Source: a virus. Taken from it: a DNA stretch of 64,000 nt. The first letter of the stretch is position 1, and each line of letters opens with the position of its first letter. The notes beneath the pieces are model-generated. The model did no database searches. It had not been told where the DNA came from and saw nothing but the letters and a program-made list of their open reading frames with translations. Position numbers and translations under genes: made by a program. The DNA is taken from positions 2,259-66,258 of the IMG/VR virus record IMGVR_UViG_3300021425_003044. One strand, 5' to 3'. Positions 39,396 to 48,702 of this stretch are shown in pieces.

Positions 39396-40085
39396 ATGAA
39401 CACCCTATTTCAATCTAACGTAAACTCTATTAGACAAACAGACGATGCTGGATTACAGCAGTTTATGACTACAATGTATAATCATACAGCCGCAGGATTA
39501 GCGGTAAGTGGTTTTACATCTTATATGGTGTATGCTACCGGTCTTATTAACATATTCCTAAGCGGTATTATGCTTTGGATTACAATGCTAGCTCCGCTCG
39601 GCATGATACTGTATTACAGTTTTAAAGGACAGGATTGGGATGTTTCTGCTATAACCAAATTTTATTACAGTTTTGTAATAGTCATGGGTATTGGAATGAG
39701 CAGTGTTTTTGCTGTATTTTCTAGCACCAGTATTGTAGAAGCATTCTTAGCAACAGCATTAACATTTGGTGCTGCAAGTGCTTATGGTTATTTTACAAAA
39801 AGAGATCTAACCAGTTGGGGTAGCTTTTTAATTGTTGGCCTGATTGGCATACTAATAGCTGGTTTAATAAATTTGTTTTTTGGTAGTCCGATGATTTCGT
39901 TTGTAATAAGTGTATTAGGTATAATTATCTTTACAGGCCTGACAGCTTATGATAGTCAGCAAGCAAAGGAGATCTATCACACCACTGGAGATCCTAAATA
40001 CGGTGTTCAATTTGCACTTAACTTGTACCTTAATTTTATCAACCTTTTCCAAATGATCTTACATCTTATTGGCACTAGAGAATAA
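39396..40085 (+). CDS. Bax inhibitor-1/YccA family membrane protein
   Basis: About 7 TM; YGYFTKRDLT, FTGLTAYDSQ, ALNLYLNFINLF. Confidence 0.9.
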   Translation: MNTLFQSNVNSIRQTDDAGLQQFMTTMYNHTAAGLAVSGFTSYMVYATGLINIFLSGIMLWITMLAPLGMILYYSFKGQDWDVSAITKFYYSFVIVMGIGMSSVFAVFSSTSIVEAFLATALTFGAASAYGYFTKRDLTSWGSFLIVGLIGILIAGLINLFFGSPMISFVISVLGIIIFTGLTAYDSQQAKEIYHTTGDPKYGVQFALNLYLNFINLFQMILHLIGTRE

Positions 40086-40093
40086 TTTAACCA

Positions 40094-40137
40094 TTGACAT
40101 CCTACTATAGTATGCTATTATTATAGTAGGATTTTTT
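40094..40137 (+). promoter_or_regulatory. sigma70-type promoter embedded in an 11-bp inverted repeat with T-tract (possible terminator/operator)
   Basis: TTGACA 40094-40099, TGc-TATTAT 40116-40121; ATCCTACTATA (40099-40109) / TATAGTAGGAT (40122-40132) then TTTTT. Confidence 0.65.
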
Positions 40138-40156
40138 ATGACCACACGGAGACACT

Positions 40157-40435
40157 TTGCAACCTAGCCCTATTAACACACTACAACAATTGATGATTAT
40201 TACCGCAGAAGAGTGCGGTGAACTTACACAAAGATGTAGCAAGATCATACGGAAGTATGCTACAATAGAAGAAATAGAAGAAGAGCAAAGACAAAAATTC
40301 GTAGAGGAAGCAGGCGATGTGTTGTGCATGCTAGAATTATTAGTAGCACACAAAATCACCAATTGGAAAGAGCTTAGACATCGTGTATCAATTAAACAGG
40401 ATAAACTTAAAACTTGGAGTGAGTTAATCAAATGA
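40157..40435 (+). CDS. small MazG-like protein
   Basis: ITAEECGELTQ..SK and EEAGDV motifs; TTG start with GGAG SD. Confidence 0.75.
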   Translation: MQPSPINTLQQLMIITAEECGELTQRCSKIIRKYATIEEIEEEQRQKFVEEAGDVLCMLELLVAHKITNWKELRHRVSIKQDKLKTWSELIK

Positions 40436-41346
40436 AAGAACTTTGGGTAGAAAAATATAGACCTAAGTCTGTAGAAGGATATGTTTTTAGAGATGAAGCA
40501 CAAAAAAAGCAGATACAACAATGGATTAAAGATCAAAGTATTCCACATTTGCTTTTTAGTGGGAATGCAGGTATAGGCAAGACAACTTTAGCAAAATTAC
40601 TGCTAAATGAACTAAATGTGAATGAGTTTGATATCTTAGAAATAAATGCAAGTCGTACTAACTTAGTTGACGATGTGAGATTTAAAATTGTAAACTTTGT
40701 CCAAATGATTCCTTTTGGAGATTTTAAAGTTGTGCTTTTAGACGAAGCAGACTATTTAAGTCATAATGCACAAGCCGCTCTTAGAGGTGTTATGGAGGAA
40801 TATCATGAGTTTGCTAGATTTATATTAACATGTAATTATCCTAACAAAATTATTCCTGCTATCCATAGTAGATGCCAAGGATTCCATATTGCTCGGGTAG
40901 ATCAAACAGAATTCACCGCTAGAGTAGCAGAAATTTTAATTGCAGAAAATGTAACACCAGATCTCGATATCCTTGATACATACGTCAAAGCTACCTATCC
41001 AGATTTACGCAAGTGTATAAATATGGTGCAAATGAATGTACAGGATAAAAGTCTACTTGCTCCACACGAAAGTGACTCTGGCGAAGCCGACTGGAAACTA
41101 GAGATGGTAGATCTTTTCAAAGCAGGTAAAATTGCAGAGGCTAGAAAGCTACTATGCGGCACAGTCCGTCCTGAGGAAATGGAGGGTATTTATAGATGGC
41201 TTTACGAAAATTTAGAATTATTTGGCGATGACGAAAAACAAGATTCAGCAGTATTAATTATTAAACAAGGACTAGTTGACCACACATTAGTTGTTGACCC
41301 GGAAATTAATCTTGCTGCTGTACTAATTAAATTGAGTAGACTATGA
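40432..41346 (+). CDS. clamp loader AAA+ subunit (RFC-small/T4 gp44-like)
   Basis: [17 protein letters not shown] Walker A, LLDEAD Walker B, SRC motif. Confidence 0.92.
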   Translation: MKELWVEKYRPKSVEGYVFRDEAQKKQIQQWIKDQSIPHLLFSGNAGIGKTTLAKLLLNELNVNEFDILEINASRTNLVDDVRFKIVNFVQMIPFGDFKVVLLDEADYLSHNAQAALRGVMEEYHEFARFILTCNYPNKIIPAIHSRCQGFHIARVDQTEFTARVAEILIAENVTPDLDILDTYVKATYPDLRKCINMVQMNVQDKSLLAPHESDSGEADWKLEMVDLFKAGKIAEARKLLCGTVRPEEMEGIYRWLYENLELFGDDEKQDSAVLIIKQGLVDHTLVVDPEINLAAVLIKLSRL

Positions 41347-41714
41347 CATATATTGTAGATGACAACTGTATTAATTGTAAACACATGGATTGCGTAGAAG
41401 TATGTCCAGTAGACTGCTTTTACGAAGGAGAAAATACTTTAGTGATTAATCCAGACGAATGTATCGACTGCGGAGTATGCCAGCCAGAATGCCCTGTAGA
41501 TGCAATTTGGCCTGACACCAAAGTTGATCCAGCAAAAAAGCAATTTTGGATAGACTTTAACCATAAATGGTCGCAAGAGTGGCCAAATATTACTGTTAAA
41601 CGAAAAGAAGATGTACCAGCGGATGCAGCGGCATGGGCATATCGCCCAAACAAGTTAGAAGAACATTTTTCAGAAAAACCCGGAAAAGGAGATCAACCAA
41701 AGGAAGATGAATGA
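41343..41714 (+). CDS. fdxA: 7Fe (3Fe-4S/4Fe-4S) ferredoxin, FdxA type
   Basis: [45 protein letters not shown]; C-terminal WPNIT...[10 protein letters not shown]. Confidence 0.92.
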   Translation: MTYIVDDNCINCKHMDCVEVCPVDCFYEGENTLVINPDECIDCGVCQPECPVDAIWPDTKVDPAKKQFWIDFNHKWSQEWPNITVKRKEDVPADAAAWAYRPNKLEEHFSEKPGKGDQPKEDE

Positions 41715-42391
41715 AAGTAAGATTAGTTAGTTACTCCCAACCTGCAGAAGATTTCGCAAAATCAGTAGAAGTATTACCCAATGCACAGGATTTAGTTGCA
41801 TATTGTGCAAGGGTGTCTAATCCTTCTAATCAGATGAACACTGAAACAAGCGAACGATTATTAAAATATCTTATTAAGCACAAACATTGGAGTCCGTTTG
41901 AAATGGTAAGTGCTTGTTTAGAAATAGAAACTACTAGAGACATCGCACACCAAATCGTACGACATCGCAGTTTTGCATTCCAAGAATTTAGTCAGCGATA
42001 TGCAGATCCAGCTGAATTTGGAGATCAGTTTGTTATTCGCGAAGCTAGATTACAAGATGACAAAAATAGGCAAAACAGCATTGAAACAGACGATCCGGAA
42101 TTAGAAGCACATTGGATACATAAGCAGCGAGAAGTTATTGCGGCTGCCAAAGCAGCATATGAATGGGCTATTGAAAACGGTATTGCTAAAGAGCAAGCAC
42201 GGGTTGTATTGCCAGAAGGAAATACAAAGACACGCCTTTATATGAATGGCAGCCTACGTAGTTGGGTACATTACATTGAATTACGTGGAGCAAATGGGAC
42301 ACAAAAAGAACACATGGAAATTGCCCACGCCTGTGCAAAAGTTGTAGCAGAAATCTTTCCAAACATAATGAGCTTTGTAGATGAAGGATAA
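41711..42391 (+). CDS. thyX: flavin-dependent thymidylate synthase
   Basis: [38 protein letters not shown]. Confidence 0.95.
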   Translation: MKVRLVSYSQPAEDFAKSVEVLPNAQDLVAYCARVSNPSNQMNTETSERLLKYLIKHKHWSPFEMVSACLEIETTRDIAHQIVRHRSFAFQEFSQRYADPAEFGDQFVIREARLQDDKNRQNSIETDDPELEAHWIHKQREVIAAAKAAYEWAIENGIAKEQARVVLPEGNTKTRLYMNGSLRSWVHYIELRGANGTQKEHMEIAHACAKVVAEIFPNIMSFVDEG

Positions 42392-42866
42392 ATTTATCCA
42401 TGCATTTATGGACGTTGCGGAACGTTTTAGCAAATTATCTAGTGCAAAGCGACTGCAAGTAGGTGCTATTATTGTAAAGGATGATAGGATTATTTCTATT
42501 GGTTACAACGGTATGCCTAGCGGATGGGAAAATAATTGCGAAGCAACTATTTTTGTAACAAAAGCCGAAGCACAAGGCTATGATATGGTTGCTCAGGGCT
42601 ACACTGAAACTGAAAAAGGTAACTGGACAAGATTAAAAACTCGGCCAGAAGTATTGCATGCAGAAAGTAATGCCCTTGCTAAACTTGCCCGCAGTAGCGA
42701 AAGTGGCGAAGGTGCAACAATGTTTATTACACATCAGCCATGTTTAGACTGTGCAAAATTAATTTATCAAAGTGGTATTTCTAGAGTATATTTTAAAGAG
42801 CCTTATCGGCTTGACACTGGATTAGATTTCTTACAAAAATCTAATGTTGAAGTATACAAAGTTTAG
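42381..42866 (+). CDS. dCMP deaminase
   Basis: GYNGMPSG, HAESNA, PCLDC. Confidence 0.92.
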   Translation: MKDKFIHAFMDVAERFSKLSSAKRLQVGAIIVKDDRIISIGYNGMPSGWENNCEATIFVTKAEAQGYDMVAQGYTETEKGNWTRLKTRPEVLHAESNALAKLARSSESGEGATMFITHQPCLDCAKLIYQSGISRVYFKEPYRLDTGLDFLQKSNVEVYKV

Positions 42867-42881
42867 GGGCCTTTCGACCCC
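42866..42881 (-). terminator. GC-rich hairpin between convergent dCMP deaminase and phoH genes
   Basis: Minus strand GGGGTC-GAAA-GGCCCC (GNRA loop); weak U-tract. Confidence 0.55.
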
Positions 42882-42898
42882 CCTCCTTAGTTAATGGG

Positions 42899-43621
42899 TT
42901 ATTCGTCTCCGTAGATAGCTAGTACTTCTTTAACTGCTTCGTGACGTTCAATGTCACGATGCTCAAAGTTTACTATATCTAACCGGGTTAAATCACGAGT
43001 GTACAAATGTTTTATGAATGACACTAAACCATTGTCTGTAAGTCTATCTGCTTGTGCTAGATCACCAGTAACTACCATCTTAGAACCCTCTCCAATGCGT
43101 GTTAATAACATCTTCATTTGATTAGGTGTTGCATTCTGCATTTCATCTGCTAGAATAAAACTGTTCTTAAATGTCCGTCCTCGCATGTATGCTAGTGGTG
43201 CTATTTCTATAATGCCTTCGTCGATCATCATAGTTATTTCTCTGGCAGTGAAATATTCTCTTATGACATCGAATATAGGTCTAGTCCATGGAGCCATCTT
43301 TTGCTCTAGCGTTCCTGGTAAAAATCCTAAGTCTTCATCGACGCTAACTGCAGGACGAGTAACAATAATTTTTTCAACCTCACCTTCCTTAAACAGTTTT
43401 ACAGCGATTTGTACTGCTAATAATGTTTTACCTGTACCAGCTGGACCTATTCCAAAGACGATGTCTTTATCTTTGTCTAGCAATTTTAACATGTAAGTTT
43501 CTTGATTTCTATTACGTGGTAGGACTCTAACTTGACGCTTTTTCTTATATGCATCAAATTCAACAACGTTATTAGTTGCTTCTTCATATTTCGGCTTGCG
43601 AGCCGAACGTCTTGCACCCAT
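42899..43621 (-). CDS. phoH: PhoH-like ATPase
   Basis: GPAGTGKT, LGFLPG, AYMRGRTF, DEMQN, GDLAQAD; start reassigned to ATG 43621 after AGGAGG. Confidence 0.95.
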   Translation of the reverse strand: MGARRSARKPKYEEATNNVVEFDAYKKKRQVRVLPRNRNQETYMLKLLDKDKDIVFGIGPAGTGKTLLAVQIAVKLFKEGEVEKIIVTRPAVSVDEDLGFLPGTLEQKMAPWTRPIFDVIREYFTAREITMMIDEGIIEIAPLAYMRGRTFKNSFILADEMQNATPNQMKMLLTRIGEGSKMVVTGDLAQADRLTDNGLVSFIKHLYTRDLTRLDIVNFEHRDIERHEAVKEVLAIYGDE

Positions 43622-43641
43622 TAAGTTCCTCCTTGTTGGAT

Positions 43642-43695
43642 AAAAAATAGGGCTTAACCTTAACAGTAAGGCTGTTGCCCTACACAAATATTTAG
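43642..43695 (-). promoter_or_regulatory. phoH leader: late element CTAAATA followed by a terminator-like hairpin and U6
   Basis: Minus strand: CTAAATA..TAGGGC-AAC-AGCCTTA-CTGT-TAAGGTT-AA-GCCCTA-TTTTTT, upstream of the SD. Confidence 0.6.
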
Positions 43696-43730
43696 CTGTA
43701 TCTTTTAAAGCTAAACTTACCTTAAAATAC

Positions 43731-43738
43731 GATAAATA
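43731..43738 (+). promoter_or_regulatory. late promoter element GATAAATA
   Basis: Intergenic, divergent from phoH, heads the operon leading into the lysis genes. Confidence 0.6.
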
Positions 43739-43765
43739 AAAGTAATAAATATAGGATTATCTGAA

Positions 43766-44359
43766 ATGCAAGACATTTATGACGTAATAAAAAACGTAGA
43801 AAGAATATATGAAAGTAACACAGGTTTCCAAATCCTAAAAGATTTCGAGCGTGTATTAGATGAATTAGACTTATATGTCTATGATAATTGGGAAGACGGT
43901 GAATTAGCCGAAGGTCCAATTATAGATAGACATTGGGTAACATGTAAATTTTTCTGGGATAGGAATAAAATGCCAGATCCTATGGGAGGTAAGAGATTAT
44001 TAGATTATGATTGCAAGATTAAGTATCAAAAAACTTATATGCTCAAACCTAGGAAAATACGCAAACCAGATGACATTAGACCGGGCACAAAAAAAGGGAA
44101 ACTCGATCGTCGTCCTATTTGGATTGTAAGCATTATGATGCCTAAAAAATTATTAGCTGATATATATGGTAGCTACAAAGAAAAATGGGATTGGATAACA
44201 GATCCTGCAACAGAAGCAACAGCACCTGGTACTGAGCAACCAGCTGATGACCTAGCAGCAGGCGGAATGCCCGAAGGAATGGATATGGGTGGAGCAGCAC
44301 CACCTGAAGCTGGAGCAGCACCACCTGAAGCTGGAGCAGCACCAGCAGGAGCAGTATAA
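43766..44359 (+). CDS. conserved phage hypothetical protein with low-complexity Ala/Pro/Gly tail
   Basis: Long ORF after late promoter; TAATG coupling to next gene. Confidence 0.75.
   Translation: MQDIYDVIKNVERIYESNTGFQILKDFERVLDELDLYVYDNWEDGELAEGPIIDRHWVTCKFFWDRNKMPDPMGGKRLLDYDCKIKYQKTYMLKPRKIRKPDDIRPGTKKGKLDRRPIWIVSIMMPKKLLADIYGSYKEKWDWITDPATEATAPGTEQPADDLAAGGMPEGMDMGGAAPPEAGAAPPEAGAAPAGAV
44291..44344 (+). repeat. 21-bp tandem repeat (GGAGCAGCACCACCTGAAGCT x2 plus partial)
   Basis: Directly visible; encodes GAAPPEA repeats. Confidence 0.9.
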
Positions 44360-45075
44360 TGAGTCTACATAAGCACGATTTAAAATATATGATGTATGAT
44401 ATTTTTGAAGTAGATTCATATACAAGCAAAATGGGAGAAGATCAAGACATTGTAGTTGTAAGTTTTACAATGAAAGACAAGGCACCTGCAGACGATTTAG
44501 TTAAATTTTTAGAAAGCGGCTATAGTTTTATACTTGATGCAGATGTATCAGCAGGAGAACTAAAAGATGGAAATTATAAAGTTTTTGTAGAAATTGAAAG
44601 AGATAGACATATAGGCGAAAACTTATATGAAATGCTTGACGGTGTTAAAAAAATAAGCGGAGTAAATAATTTAAAATTCCGTTATTATAAAAACTTTAAC
44701 AGCAAAGAAGCAACATTAGAAGCACTTACAGAAACAATACCAACAAGTGCAGATGATTACAGTGTAAAACTAGAACAAACAACAATGGAAAACTACAAGC
44801 ATTTCTTTAGCAATAGTTATTGTGATAATATTGAGATGTTAAGCGAAACTATTGTATTACAAAAACCACACACAGAACGATTACAACTACGATTTTTAGA
44901 TTTCGGTGACAAACAAGATGTATTTGATAGGTTAACAGAAAGTTTTAATCCATGGGATTTTGCAGAAATTATATATCTATCAAAATATATAGGCGATTAT
45001 AATATTACCAAATATGGTAATAAATTGACGTTAGAAAACAAAGGAAAAACACTAGTTGTAGAACGCATTTCTTAA
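44359..45075 (+). CDS. conserved phage hypothetical protein (238 aa)
   Basis: Coupled long ORF; no recognised motif. Confidence 0.7.
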   Translation: MSLHKHDLKYMMYDIFEVDSYTSKMGEDQDIVVVSFTMKDKAPADDLVKFLESGYSFILDADVSAGELKDGNYKVFVEIERDRHIGENLYEMLDGVKKISGVNNLKFRYYKNFNSKEATLEALTETIPTSADDYSVKLEQTTMENYKHFFSNSYCDNIEMLSETIVLQKPHTERLQLRFLDFGDKQDVFDRLTESFNPWDFAEIIYLSKYIGDYNITKYGNKLTLENKGKTLVVERIS

Positions 45076-45085
45076 GGAGAACATA

Positions 45086-45937
45086 ATGGCAAAATCCGAC
45101 TTTAAATTTGCATTTGAACCGCCAATGGTTAAAGAATTATTACATGGAAATATTGAATGGAATAATTGGTATAATGCAATGTGTGAGATTTTGCCTCTTT
45201 GGGAAATTAACACTATTGACCGTGTAGCAGGATTTATTGCACAATGCGGTCATGAATCTCGTAACTTTTCTGTACTAACCGAAAACCTCAACTACTCAGC
45301 AGCCGCACTTAATCGCATCTTCCCCAAATATTTTATCCGTGCAGGTAAAAATGCACAAGAATATCATAGACAACCAGAACGTATTGCAAATGTAATCTAT
45401 GCTGATCGCATGGGTAACGGTGATGAGGCTAGTGGCGACGGTTGGAAATATAGAGGCGGTGGTATACTGCAGTTAACAGGTTGTAATAACTATACAGCAT
45501 TTGCAAAAGAAATGGGAATTACTGTAGATGACAGTGTAAACTATGTAAGGACAAAAAAAGGCGCCTTAGATAGTGCATGCTGGTTTTGGGACACAAACAA
45601 CATAAACCGTTATTGTGACGATCAAGATATCGTGGGTATGACTAAACGCATTAATGGCGGTACAATTGGTTTGGAAGATCGCAAGAAGCACTGGGAACAT
45701 GCATTAGATGTGTTAGGAGGCGATCTTGATTCTCACAGTGTTGACCATAATCAAATTGTTAAAAAAGGCAGTAGGGGGGCATTAGTCACAGAAATACAAG
45801 AACGATTAGATATTAAACCTGCAGATGGTATATTTGGTCCAGGAACTGAAGAAATAATAAAAATTTGGCAAGAAGATAACGGACTTTATCCAGACGGTAT
45901 AGTAGGTCCTAAGACAATTGAAAAACTATTAGGCTGA
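45086..45937 (+). CDS. GH19-family endolysin with C-terminal peptidoglycan-binding domain
   Basis: FIAQCGHES, ENLNYS, DGWKYRGGG..QLTG, TKRINGG..GLEDR; DGIFGPGT...DGIVGPKT. Confidence 0.92.
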   Translation: MAKSDFKFAFEPPMVKELLHGNIEWNNWYNAMCEILPLWEINTIDRVAGFIAQCGHESRNFSVLTENLNYSAAALNRIFPKYFIRAGKNAQEYHRQPERIANVIYADRMGNGDEASGDGWKYRGGGILQLTGCNNYTAFAKEMGITVDDSVNYVRTKKGALDSACWFWDTNNINRYCDDQDIVGMTKRINGGTIGLEDRKKHWEHALDVLGGDLDSHSVDHNQIVKKGSRGALVTEIQERLDIKPADGIFGPGTEEIIKIWQEDNGLYPDGIVGPKTIEKLLG

Positions 45938-45939
45938 TT

Positions 45940-46452
45940 ATGGGTATTTTTGCTGGCATAAAATATGGCTTAATAGCACTTGTATTACTTGCTGGACTTG
46001 CAGCATATGATTATGTAATAGATTTACGTGTAAATTTAGAACAAACAAAAGCTAACCTAGCAACATCCGAAGCAAACACACAATTGTTAGAAAATGAAAT
46101 AGGTAAACAGCAAGAAGTGCTTGACCAATTACAAAAAGATTTTAAAGACATTACAGAAGCAAATAAAAAACTAGAAAATGTAAATCAAAAATTAGTAAAA
46201 GAGTATGCAGCACTTGACACAAAATTTAACAAGATTAATGCAAGTGGAGAAAAGCGAGACATTGGTAATCTTGCTGTACAAAAAACAAAAGCAATAGAAA
46301 AAATTGTTAATCGTGCAAGTGCCAATGCCTTAAGATGTGTAGAGATAGCTATGGGTAGTCCACTTACAGAAGAAGAAAAAAATGCAACAAAAAAATCACA
46401 GATCAATCCTGAATGTACTAGCATTGCGAATCCTAAATTCGTACAGTATTAA
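45940..46452 (+). CDS. i-spanin (Rz-like)
   Basis: N-terminal TM, long periplasmic coiled coil, C-terminal Cys residues; follows the endolysin. Confidence 0.75.
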   Translation: MGIFAGIKYGLIALVLLAGLAAYDYVIDLRVNLEQTKANLATSEANTQLLENEIGKQQEVLDQLQKDFKDITEANKKLENVNQKLVKEYAALDTKFNKINASGEKRDIGNLAVQKTKAIEKIVNRASANALRCVEIAMGSPLTEEEKNATKKSQINPECTSIANPKFVQY

Positions 46453-46813
46453 AATATTTGCATTAATATTACCCGTATTGTTTTTTGTAAACAGTTGTAC
46501 AAAAGACATAACCCCTCCTCCTGTTAAAAAAATAGAAACAGTAACAAAATATATAGAAAAAACTCCCCTCAACTTAGACAAACCTGCCCCAGTAGAAATG
46601 AGTAAAGTAAACTGGATACTAATAACCGAAGATAATTACGCAGATGTATTTGCAGAATTAAAAGACAAAAATGCAGATGTTGTTCTTTTTGGTTTAACAG
46701 ATGACAATTACGAAACCCTAAGCAAAAACTTTGCACAAATCCGTGCATACATAATCAAACAAAACGAAATAATAAAACAATATAAAAACTACTACGAAAA
46801 TGTTACAAACTAA
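46382..46813 (+). CDS. o-spanin (Rz1-like lipoprotein); true start may be downstream (TTG 46424)
   Basis: Signal peptide ending FVNSC, Pro-rich linker, overlaps the 3' end of the i-spanin. Confidence 0.7.
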   Translation: MQQKNHRSILNVLALRILNSYSIKIFALILPVLFFVNSCTKDITPPPVKKIETVTKYIEKTPLNLDKPAPVEMSKVNWILITEDNYADVFAELKDKNADVVLFGLTDDNYETLSKNFAQIRAYIIKQNEIIKQYKNYYENVTN

Positions 46814-46839
46814 CCAGATCTAATGTAACATTTGTATCG

Positions 46840-46846
46840 CTAAATA
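46840..46846 (+). promoter_or_regulatory. late promoter element CTAAATA
   Basis: Intergenic, upstream of membrane-protein genes. Confidence 0.55.
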
Positions 46847-46868
46847 CTATGTACGCCCGAGGGCGGTA

Positions 46869-47360
46869 ATGGGGGCAAATATGGATTTAGCACAACAAGT
46901 ACAAGGTATGTCACACACTGAGAGTTTTCAGATGCTAGGAATGCATCTAACTGACATGATAGTACCTTGGTTAGCAATCTTAATTAGTATAGCAGCAGCA
47001 TTTTGGTTTAAAGATTTTGCACAAAATCTTGTAGCCGGTATGGCGTTTAAATATGGTGGCAACTTTCGTGAAGGCGATCAAGTCATCTTAGACGGACACG
47101 ATGCTATGATTATTAAGATAGGCATGAAGGAAACTGTATTTGGTAGATACACGGACAAAGGTTACACCTGGCAATATGTACCAAATGAAAAAATTGAATA
47201 CCACAAATTAGAGAAAATTGTACACAGAGATCTACACTTAGATACTGATATAGAAAAAGGGCAACAGATAATGGAGCTGATAGCAAAAGCTCAATCAACA
47301 TACAAAAAACCATTGGAGGTAAACAAAGATGCCAAGGGCACATCCCCTCTCGAAGGATGA
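46869..47360 (+). CDS. MscS-like membrane protein (TM plus beta domain)
   Basis: FKDFAQNLVAG...FREGDQVILDG...IIKIG...VPNEKI resembles the MscS TM3/beta domain. Confidence 0.65.
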   Translation: MGANMDLAQQVQGMSHTESFQMLGMHLTDMIVPWLAILISIAAAFWFKDFAQNLVAGMAFKYGGNFREGDQVILDGHDAMIIKIGMKETVFGRYTDKGYTWQYVPNEKIEYHKLEKIVHRDLHLDTDIEKGQQIMELIAKAQSTYKKPLEVNKDAKGTSPLEG

Positions 47361-47727
47361 GGAAACCAACATAGTAGAAAACAAAACTGAAACAGGATTT
47401 GACAAATACAAATATGACGAAGAAATTGCTGTTCCTGCTTCTGAAGGAAGGGCAACAAAACGGGTAAAATTAGATTTAGAAGTAGATGCAACAGCAAAAG
47501 ACCTTGGTGTAAATCCTTTTGCAAAATGGATACATCTTGCCCATGCTGTAGACAGCTGGCGAATTTTTCCACGTATCTTTATCCTAACCTATATTGTATT
47601 ATTACATAAGAGTGTGCTATGGTATATGGAATTACCAAATCCTACTCTAGAACAATCTGGGCTTATAAGCATAGTAGTTGGGGCAGGTGCTGCTTGGTTT
47701 GGATTATATACAGGGAGTAAACGTTAA
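47329..47727 (+). CDS. holin-like 2-TM protein
   Basis: DSWRIFPR followed by two TM segments; in the lysis cassette; GGAGG SD. Confidence 0.55.
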   Translation: MPRAHPLSKDEETNIVENKTETGFDKYKYDEEIAVPASEGRATKRVKLDLEVDATAKDLGVNPFAKWIHLAHAVDSWRIFPRIFILTYIVLLHKSVLWYMELPNPTLEQSGLISIVVGAGAAWFGLYTGSKR

Positions 47728-47788
47728 TGTTGGTGTTTAGCTACGAAATTATGAACTTCTAATTAGCAAAGGTAATATTAAATTATAA

Positions 47789-47795
47789 CTAAGTA
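47789..47795 (+). promoter_or_regulatory. late promoter variant CTAAGTA
   Basis: 5 nt before the dnaJ ATG; no SD. Confidence 0.5.
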
Positions 47796-47800
47796 GTATT

Positions 47801-48649
47801 ATGGACTACTACGATTTACTCGGGGTTAAGCGGTCAGCCTCGGCAGACGAACTTAAAACCGCTTATAAAAGACAAGCAATGAAAAACCATCCTGACAAGG
47901 GTGGCGATCCTGAAAAGTTTAAACAGATAAACGAAGCTTACCAGGCATTATCTGATCCGCGGCAAAAACAGATGTATGACCAGTTTGGTACAACTGATCC
48001 GCAGCAAGCACAGATGAACCAAGGTGGTTTCCATTTTACATCAGGAGCAGGAGCTGATTTTGAGGACGTATTAAGACATTTTGGATTTGGTGCACATTTT
48101 GGCAGAGGTTTTGCTAATCAACAAAGACGAAATAAAGATATAAAATTAAGATTGTTAATTAATTTAGTTGATATTTTTACAGGAAAAACAGATACAGTAA
48201 CATATAAACTGCCGAATGGAAAAACTGAAATTATAGATATTACAATCCCTCCAGGAATAGAAGATGGAGATGTGGTCAAGTTTTCAGGCTACGGGGACAA
48301 CAGTTTTCCACAATTTCCGCGTGGAGACTTACTTATTCAAATACAAATAAAACCTGATCCAAATTTTAGACGCGAGGGTAGTAATATTTTTACAAGTATT
48401 AAAGTAGACATTTTTGACTTAATTATAGGTTGTCAAAAAGAAATTGCTACACCCGATAAAAAGAAAGTAAGTTTAACAATACCTCCAACTACTTTACCTA
48501 ATACAGTATTTAACATTAGCGGCTACGGCTCTCCTAGCAGATCAACCAATCGCAATGGTAACTTGTTAGTAGAAGTAAAGCCAATCATGCCAAAATTAAA
48601 TAGTAAACAGTTAGAGAGTTTGAAAAATTTTAAGAACAAGATTACTTGA
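47801..48649 (+). CDS. dnaJ: DnaJ-family chaperone (class B, no zinc finger)
   Basis: DYYDLLGV, HPD, G/F-rich linker, C-terminal GDL/GNL domains. Confidence 0.92.
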   Translation: MDYYDLLGVKRSASADELKTAYKRQAMKNHPDKGGDPEKFKQINEAYQALSDPRQKQMYDQFGTTDPQQAQMNQGGFHFTSGAGADFEDVLRHFGFGAHFGRGFANQQRRNKDIKLRLLINLVDIFTGKTDTVTYKLPNGKTEIIDITIPPGIEDGDVVKFSGYGDNSFPQFPRGDLLIQIQIKPDPNFRREGSNIFTSIKVDIFDLIIGCQKEIATPDKKKVSLTIPPTTLPNTVFNISGYGSPSRSTNRNGNLLVEVKPIMPKLNSKQLESLKNFKNKIT

Positions 48650-48674
48650 CAGCAAAGCAAAATTTATGTATAAT
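48646..48674 (+). promoter_or_regulatory. consensus sigma70 promoter for clpA
   Basis: TTGACA-17 bp-TATAAT. Confidence 0.85.
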
Positions 48675-48702
48675 AATAGAAATCTATTTTTAAAAGGATA
48701 AT

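Noticed and set aside
40432-41346. Archaeal or eukaryotic origin implied by the RFC-like WVEKYRP clamp loader
   Set aside because: T4-type gp44 clamp loaders share this motif, and the context is bacteriophage
46849-46869. 6-codon upstream ORF MYARGR coupled by TAATG to the MscS-like gene
   Set aside because: Its ATG is only 2 nt from the TAAATA element, so it is probably not in the transcript; likely chance
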